Below, one piece after another: positions 57,595 to 64,000 of a stretch of 64,000 nt of DNA. The stretch is from Scenedesmus sp. PABB004. Lineage: Eukaryota. Within the stretch, counting starts at the first letter, position 1. The number at the start of each line of letters is the position of its first letter. Under the pieces are notes generated by a model that saw only the letters and a program-made list of their open reading frames with translations, had not been told where the DNA came from and searched no databases. The stretch covers positions 1,054,001 through 1,118,000 of the forward strand of contig JABVCE010000008.1 in assembly GCA_014905635.1 (NCBI GenBank). The letters run 5' to 3'. The position numbers were made by a program, and so were the translations under genes.

Positions 57595-58660
57595 CGATGG
57601 AAGAGATCGCCGACTTCCTCGTGGCCACGCTCGCGCCGGCGGCGCCCTAGGCGCGAGCGGCGCGCGGCGGCGACGCTCGCGCCGGCGGCGCGCAAGGGCG
57701 TCGGCGGGGCTCAGCGCCGGGGCGTGGGCGCGTGGTTCCGTGCCGCGCTGCCGTCTGGGCGGCGCACGTGACTGTTGGGGTCGGCATTAATTTTTGCAAC
57801 GGGGTCCCCCACAAGCTGCCACGCGCGGCCACGTGGCCACACCAGCAGCGCGCTCTGCTGCGGCCGCCACGCGGCGCCTGGGAGCCAGGCCCTCCTGGCT
57901 CGCAACCTCGGCGCTGCAGCAGCACGTGCACTCGCACAGCCAGTGCTCAGGCCCCAGCGTTGGCCGCTGGGCGCGTTCAGGGGCCGCCGGCAGCATGCCC
58001 CTCAGCGGCGGCTCCGCCCTGCAGCGCCACGGCAGCAGGTGAGGGCGCGCATGGGCTGTGCGCGTAGGTTCACGACTCGAGAGTCGGCACAGCGCGCGCG
58101 GGCGGCCGCCGGCCGCCGCGGGCACCGGCGGCAGCAGCGGCGGCCACGCGCCGCCCGCCGCCGCCGCCGCAGGCCTCGCGGCTCCGCAGCCTGCCGTGGC
58201 GCCGCTCCCCGCGGCGCTGGTCCCCCCGATCCTGGCTCGCGGCAGCGCCGGCAGCGGCAGCAGCAGGGCGGGGCGCAGCAGCAGGGCGAGCGGCCGCCGG
58301 CGCAGCAGCAGACGCGGCCGCCGGGCGGCGTGGCAGAGCGCGTCGGCGCCGACGTCGCGGCGCGCAAGAACCCCGAGCTCTACTCCCTCGCCGCCAGCCC
58401 GCAGCAGCCGCAGCAGCAGGCCATCCCGTGGCTGCCGCCCGCTGCCAGCACCGGCTGCTCCGCGGGCAGCACGGGCACGCTCGGCGGCGGCGCCGCCGCC
58501 GCGGGACGCGCGGCCGCGGCGCCGCCGCCGCAAGCCGGGCTGCGGCCGGCGCGCAAGCCCGAGGTGCTCGCGCCCGCGGGCGGCTGGCCGCAGCTGCGCG
58601 CCGCGGTGGAGAACGGCGCCGACGCGGTCTACTTCGGCGTCACCGGCTTCAACGCGCGAG
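57595..58660 (+). repeat. Direct repeat, copy 2 (orphan esterase 3' end + intergenic + U32 5' part)
   Basis: MEEIADFLVATLAPAAP* at 57597-57650 followed by sequence collinear with 50930-51931. Confidence 0.92.
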
Positions 58661-61600
58661 CAAGAGCCGCGAACTTTGAGCCCGAGGAGCTCCCCGAGGT
58701 GATGTCGTTCCTGCGCAACCGCGGAGTCAAGGGCTACGTCGCGCTCAACATCCTGGTGCGCGCGCCACTGGCTGCTTCCCCCCTAGGCGCGCCTGGGCCA
58801 GCCGGCAGCATGCGCACGCCCCGGGGGCCGCACCCCAGCGCGCCACCGCCGCGCGGGGCGCCCAGGTGTTTGACGAGGAGCTGCCGAGGCTGGAGGCGCT
58901 CGTGCGCCAGCTCGCGGCGGCGGGCGTGGACGCGGCCATCGTGCAGGACGTGGGCGCCGTCGCGCTGATCCGGCGCGTCGCGCCGCACCTGCCCATCCAC
59001 GGCTCCACCCAAATGTCCATCACGAGCGCGGAGGGCGCGCAGTTTGCCGCGAGTGAGCCCGCGGCGCGGCGCGCACAGCACGCGGCGCGTGCAGCGCGTC
59101 CGCGGCCGCGAAAGCCGCCTGGGCGGCGCCCACCCACCGCCGCCTGCTGGCTCCAGGCCTGGGCGTTACGCGCGTGGTGGTGGGCCGCGAGCTGAGCGTG
59201 CGGGAGATCGCGGCCGTGTCGCGCGGCACCAGCACGGGTGCGCGCCGCTGCCCGGGCGCGCCGCGCCTGGCTGCCCCGCCCTGCGCCCGCCGCCGCCCTC
59301 CCCTCACCGCCCGCGCCCCGCGGCCGCCTCCAGAGGTGGAGGCGTTCTGCCACGGCGCCATGTGTGTGAGCTATAGCGGGCAGTGCTTCAGCAGCGAGGC
59401 GTGGGGCGGGCGCAGCGCGAACCGCGGCCAGTGCGCGCAGGCCTGCCGCATGCCCTACGCCCTGATCGTCGACGGCGAGGTCAAGGTGCGCCGCCCCCCC
59501 GCCGCCGCCGCCGTCGCCGCCGCGTGGCCGGCGGGGCCCACTGGCCGCTGCCGGGTGGCGGCGACGCCGCGCCCGCGCCCGCGCACGCTCGCGCACGTGC
59601 CCGCTCACGCACGCCCACGCGCCCGCTCTCGCACGCCCGCCCGCGCATCGCGGTCAGGACCTGTCGGACATGGCCTACCTTCTGAGCCCGCAGGATCAGA
59701 TGGCGCTGGGGCACCTGCCCGCCATGATCGCGGCGGGAGTGGGCTGCTTCAAGATTGAGGGCCGCCTCAAGGGGCCCGAGTACGTCGCCGCGACGACCGC
59801 GGCGTACTGTGCGGGTGAGCTTGGGCACGGCCGCGAAGGCGGCGCGCGCGCGGCGCAGGCGGCGGCGCGGGCCGCGCCGCCGCGGCGCGCGCGGCGTGCG
59901 CGGCATGAGGCTGCGTGCCCCGCCCGCCCGCCCGGCGCCGCAGGCGTGGACGCGGCGTGGGAGGCGCTGCTGGCGGAGGAGGAGGCGGCGGAGGCGGCCG
60001 CGCGCGAGGGCGCGGAGCGGTGCGCGAGCAACGCGGCGTCGAGCACCAGCGCCGCCGCCGTCGACCCCGCGCTCCTCGCAGACCTGGAACAGGTCTTCGC
60101 GCGCGGGCAGGACGAGGAGTTTGGCGGCCTGACGCCCGGCTTCCTCGAGGGCTCGCAGCACCAGCGCCTCGTGCGCGGCCGCGCGCCGCGGCACCGCGGG
60201 CGCTGCCTCGGCCGCGTCGCGGCGGTCACGCCGCGCGGCGTGGTGCTGGCCGGCCTGCGCGCGCCGGTCAAGCGCGGCGACGGCGTCGTGTTTGACCAGG
60301 GCCGGCCGGAGCAGGACGAGCCCGGCGGCGCGGTGTGGGAGCTGCATGCGCCGCCGGCCGGCGGCCGGCGCGGCGCGCGGCTCGAGGGCGAGGCGCCCGC
60401 CGGCGCGGACGTGGAGCTGTCGTTTGGCCCGGGGGCCGTCGACCTGTCCCGCCTCGCGCCGGGGGACCTGGTATGGAAGAGCCGCGACCCGGCGCTCGAG
60501 GCGCGGCTGCGCGAGAGCTACGAGTCTGTCAGCAGCACCACCGCGCGCAAGCTGCCCGTGCAGGCGCGCCTGCGGCGGCTGGCAGCGCCTGCGCGCCGGC
60601 GCCGGCGCCTGCGCCAGCGCGGCGCCTGCGCCGGCGCGGCGCGGTGCTGTGTGCGGGGCTGACGCGCCCGCGCCCGCGCGCGCGCGCCCGCAGGTCGCTG
60701 TGTCGGGAGCGGTTGGCGCGCCGCTGGCGCTGACGCTCACCGACCCCGCGGGCAACACCGTGAGCGCCGACACCGGCGGCGTGGCGCTCGCGCGCGCGGC
60801 CAAGCGCGCGATGACAGCGGACGACGTGGCGGCCGGCGTGGGGCAGCTGGGAGACAACGCGCTCGCGCCCGCCAGCATCGACGTCTCCGGCCTCGCGCTG
60901 GACCAGGGTGAGCCGGCGGCGCGCGCTCTGCGCTGAGCGCCCGGGGGGGGGGGGGACCACACACGCATCAGCGACCTCCATCGCAGCCGCCGCGCGAGCC
61001 CGCGGCCGCCGCACTCCCCTGATGCCACAGCACGCCCCCGCGCGGCTAGCCACCCCTGCACCGCCGAGAACACGTGCAAGCGGTGCCGTGCCGCGCGGAC
61101 AGTCGCGGCGGTCGCGCGCCGCCGCCGCAGCTCACCCACCGCGCGTGCTGCGCCGTGCCGCCCGCGTGCAGGCATCTTCCTGCCGGCGAGTGCGTTCAAG
61201 GCAGTGCGCCGCGCGGCGGCCGAGGCGCTGCTCGCGGCGCGCGCCGCGCACGGCCACGACCGAGACCTGGCGGCCGGCCCCGTGCTGCCGCGCATGCTGG
61301 CGGCGGCGGGCCGTCCAGGCGGCAACGGCGGCGGGAGCAGCCCCAGCGGCGGGCGCAGCAGCGCTGGCGGTGGCGCCGAGGCGGGCGGCGACGGCGGTGG
61401 CGGCGGCGGCGGCCCGCAGCTGCGCGTGCTGTGCCGCTCGCCGGCGCAGGTGGACGCCGCGCTGCGCGTGCCGTGGCTGGGCGAGGTGGTGCTGGACTTC
61501 CTGGAGGTCCACGGCCTGAAAGAGGCGGTCGCGGCGGTGAAGGGCGCGGGCAAGGTCGCTGTGGTCGCGCTGCCGCGCATCATCAAGCCCGAGGAGTCCC

Positions 61601-62704
61601 GCCTCCTCTGGCTCTTCCTGCGCCTGCGCGCCGACGCGCTGCTGCTGCGCGGCGCGGGCTGCCTGCAGCAGCTGCGCGACCTCGGCGGCCCCGGCGCAGC
61701 CGTGGCGGGCGTCGCCGCGCTCGGCGGCGGCGGCGCGAGCGGCAGCAGCGCGGGTGCCGGCGGCGCAGACGGCGGCAGCCCGGGCGACGGCAGCGTGATC
61801 ATCCCGCGGCTGGAGGGCGATTTCTCACTCAACGCCGCCAACGCTCTCGCCGCCGACCTGCTGCTCGGCAGCGGGCTGAGCCGGCTCTGCCCCACGCACG
61901 ACCTCAACGCCGCGCAGCTCGCGGCGCTGGCGCACGGCCTGGGCGGCGGCGCGGCGGGTGCGCGCGCGCGCGGGCGCGCCGCGCGCGTCCCAGGCCGCCC
62001 CAGCGCGGCGCGCGGGACGCACTCGCTGTGGCTCGGGCGCTGCACGGTGGCACGCCTGACACACCCTCCCCCTCCCCCGCTCCGCGCGCCTGCCGCCGCC
62101 GCCAGCCGGGGGCCGGGCGGGGCAGCTGGAGGCGGTGGTGCACCAGCACCTGCCCATCTTTCACACCGAGGCGTGCCTCTTCTGCAGGTGCGGCGGCGCT
62201 CGCCGCGCGCCCCGCGGCGGCCGCTTGGGCCCGCACCCCTGCGCGGCGGGCGCGCCGACCCGCCCCGCCCCCGGCCGCGCCGCGCCCCGCGCGGCGCACA
62301 GGTTCCTGTCTGACGGCAACAGCTACCTCGACTGCGGGCACCCCTGCGAGCGGCACAGCGTCGCGCTGCGCGACGGGGCGGGCGCGGACCACCTGGTGCT
62401 CGCGGACCAGGGCTGCCGCAACACCGTGTTCAACGCCACGCCGCAGTCGGGCCTGTTTGAGATCCCCCGCCTCGCCGCCGCGGGGTTTGGCACGTTCCGG
62501 CTCGAGCTCGTGGGCACGGAGCCGCCACAGCTCGTGGCCGCGCTGCTCGAGGCATACCGCGCGGTGCTGGTCGGCGAGGCGCGCCCCGGCGCCGCGTGGG
62601 CCGAGGTGCGCGCCGCGTGCGGCGGGCGGCTCACGCCGGGCAGCCTCGAGGTGAGCGCGGAGCGCGCGGCGGGCAGCCTGCGCCCGACCGCGCGGCGGCG
62701 GTGA
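57995..62704 (+). CDS. Long-form peptidase U32-family protein (RlhA/YdcP-like Fe-S RNA hydroxylation family), probably organellar, multi-exon
   Basis: KPEVLAPAG, GADAVYFG, IHGSTQMSI, RELS, EAFCHGAMCVSYSGQC...RSANRGQCAQACRMPY, LLSPQD, FKIEGRLKGPEYV; second domain PIFHTEACLFCRFLSDGNSYLDCGHPCE. Confidence 0.92.
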
Positions 62705-62772
62705 GGCGGCCGGCTGGTCGTGCTGCGCGCTGGGTCGGCATCGCTGTTACCGCGACCGCGACCGCGACCGCG

Positions 62773-64000
62773 TCACTTGGCGGGCGGCCAGATGCCGCGC
62801 ACGTGGCCCGTGCCGTGCGTGAGCATGCGCACCGGCGCGACCGACAGCAGCGCGCCCCCGTCGGCGGCCGCGGTGAATGCCTGGCCCAGGCCCTCCAGGT
62901 ACTCGCCCGCCGCCTTCTGCGCCGCCTCGAGGCTCTCCCCGCTGCTCACCTCCAGCAGCATGTCGACGGTGGCAGGGCCGATGCGCGTCGCCTCAGAGTT
63001 GATGACCGGCGACACCGACAGCACGCACCCGCGCGCGTCGCGCAGCACCGCGTACAGCGGCGCCGCCTTGGAGGGCCTGTCCTGGATGTATGAGAGGTAG
63101 CGCAGCATGCTCTTGTCGCCAGCAAAGTAGGCCGGCAGCTGCGCCGCGGTGATCGCCTGCCCCGGCGCAAACGCGGCCGCCGCGGCGGCCGCCGCCGCCG
63201 CGTCGGCCGCGTCGTCCGGCGGCGCCGCGTCCTTGTCGCGCGCGAGCGGCACAAAGCTGATGTCGCCTGGCGGCCGCGGAGCGCGGCAGGCGGGGGGCGT
63301 CGGCGGCCCCGGCGGCGCAAGCGGGCAGCCGGCCAGCGCGCGGTAGAACGAAGAGCACCGCAGCGCGGCGCGCACTGCGCACCCGGCGGCAGCGCCTCGT
63401 ACTGCAGCGGCAGCGCGAGCTTGGCCAGGTCGTGCGTGCCGATCGCGGCGACGGCGCGCTTGCCCGACGCCTCGTGGATGGACGTCTGCAGCGCGATCGC
63501 GGCGTCGAGCAGCCCCGCGTGCGCGGCAAAGTCGACGCCCCGCAGCACCGCGCACACGAGGTGCGGCCGCACGCCTGCGGCGCGCGGCGGCGGCGGCGGC
63601 GGCGTGGGCGGCGCGCGCGGCTGGCGGACTGGGCGCCCGCGCTCCCACCAGCGCGCACCTTTGACCTCTGCGTGCACGTGCACGTCCAGGCCCGCGTCCT
63701 TGTCCACCGGCTCCACCGTGTAGCGCCGCGCCGCCGCGGCGAGCTGCACGCGCGCGAGCGCCGCCGCCGCCGCCGCGGCCTCCTCCGCGGCGCTCGGCGG
63801 CGCGCCGTGCTTCTTGATGTGCGTCAGCGTGTTCTTCAGGCGGCCCTCCTTCAGCACCTGCACGGCGCCAGCGCCAGCGGCGGCGCGGGGCTCCCTGTGA
63901 GCTGCCGCGGCGCGCAGCAGCGCGACTCGCGGCGGCGTGGCCGCGGCGACGACGGCTCGCCTTGGTGAGCTTCTTGTCGTCAAACGGGTTTGGGTCGAGC
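62773..64000 (-). CDS. LRRC47-like protein, C-terminal B3/B4 (PheRS-beta-like) domain; 5' part lies outside the window
   Basis: LDPNPFDDKKLTK, VRPHLVCAVLRGVD, IALQTSIHE...KRAVAAIGTHDL, VLSVSPVINSEATRI, DMLLEVSS. Confidence 0.8.
   Translation of the reverse strand, partial: LDPNPFDDKKLTKASRRRRGHAAASRAAARRGSSQGAPRRRWRWRRAGAEGGPPEEHADAHQEARRAAERRGGGRGGGGGARARAARRGGAALHGGAGGQGRGPGRARARRGQRCALVGARAPSPPAARAAHAAAAAAARRRRAAAPRVRGAAGRRLCRARGAARRRDRAADVHPRGVGQARRRRDRHARPGQARAAAAVRGAAAGCAVRAALRCSSFYRALAGCPLAPPGPPTPPACRAPRPPGDISFVPLARDKDAAPPDDAADAAAAAAAAAAFAPGQAITAAQLPAYFAGDKSMLRYLSYIQDRPSKAAPLYAVLRDARGCVLSVSPVINSEATRIGPATVDMLLEVSSGESLEAAQKAAGEYLEGLGQAFTAAADGGALLSVAPVRMLTHGTGHVRGIWPPAK

Overview
This is extremely GC-rich, intron-rich eukaryotic DNA. 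The gene set and intron style suggest a chlorophyte green alga, possibly Selenastraceae-like (inference). Most of the very long Ala/Arg/Pro/Gly ORFs in the track are GC shadows; I reconstructed the real genes by eye from exon fragments, so the boundaries are approximate. From ~7.7 kb onward the window holds about 17 ordinary host genes: ERMP1-like M28 peptidase, two Tudor proteins, RBM34/NOP12, bestrophin-like channel, ALG8, TRM10, UBFD1, methylmalonyl-CoA mutase, a double-SnoaL protein, organellar IF3, DGS1/NCA2, an HSL-family esterase, an LHT-like amino acid transporter, a U32/RlhA-like protein, an LRRC47-like protein and small unknowns. Two local rearrangements are present: an inverted ~650 bp gene-start duplication, and a ~1.06 kb direct duplication with a precise intron presence/absence difference. 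The standout is the apparently intron-free 0.16-6.9 kb block. It holds a large, damaged Fanzor1-type (TnpB-derived, RNA-guided RuvC) nuclease gene whose D-E-D catalytic motifs and zinc finger are intact, followed by a hairpin-rich candidate omegaRNA. Upstream lie a perfect 102 bp palindrome and an ORF fusing a CtIP/Sae2 resection domain to an OTU-like protease. This suggests a mobile element coupling RNA-guided cutting to a DNA-repair-steering cargo (hypothesis).
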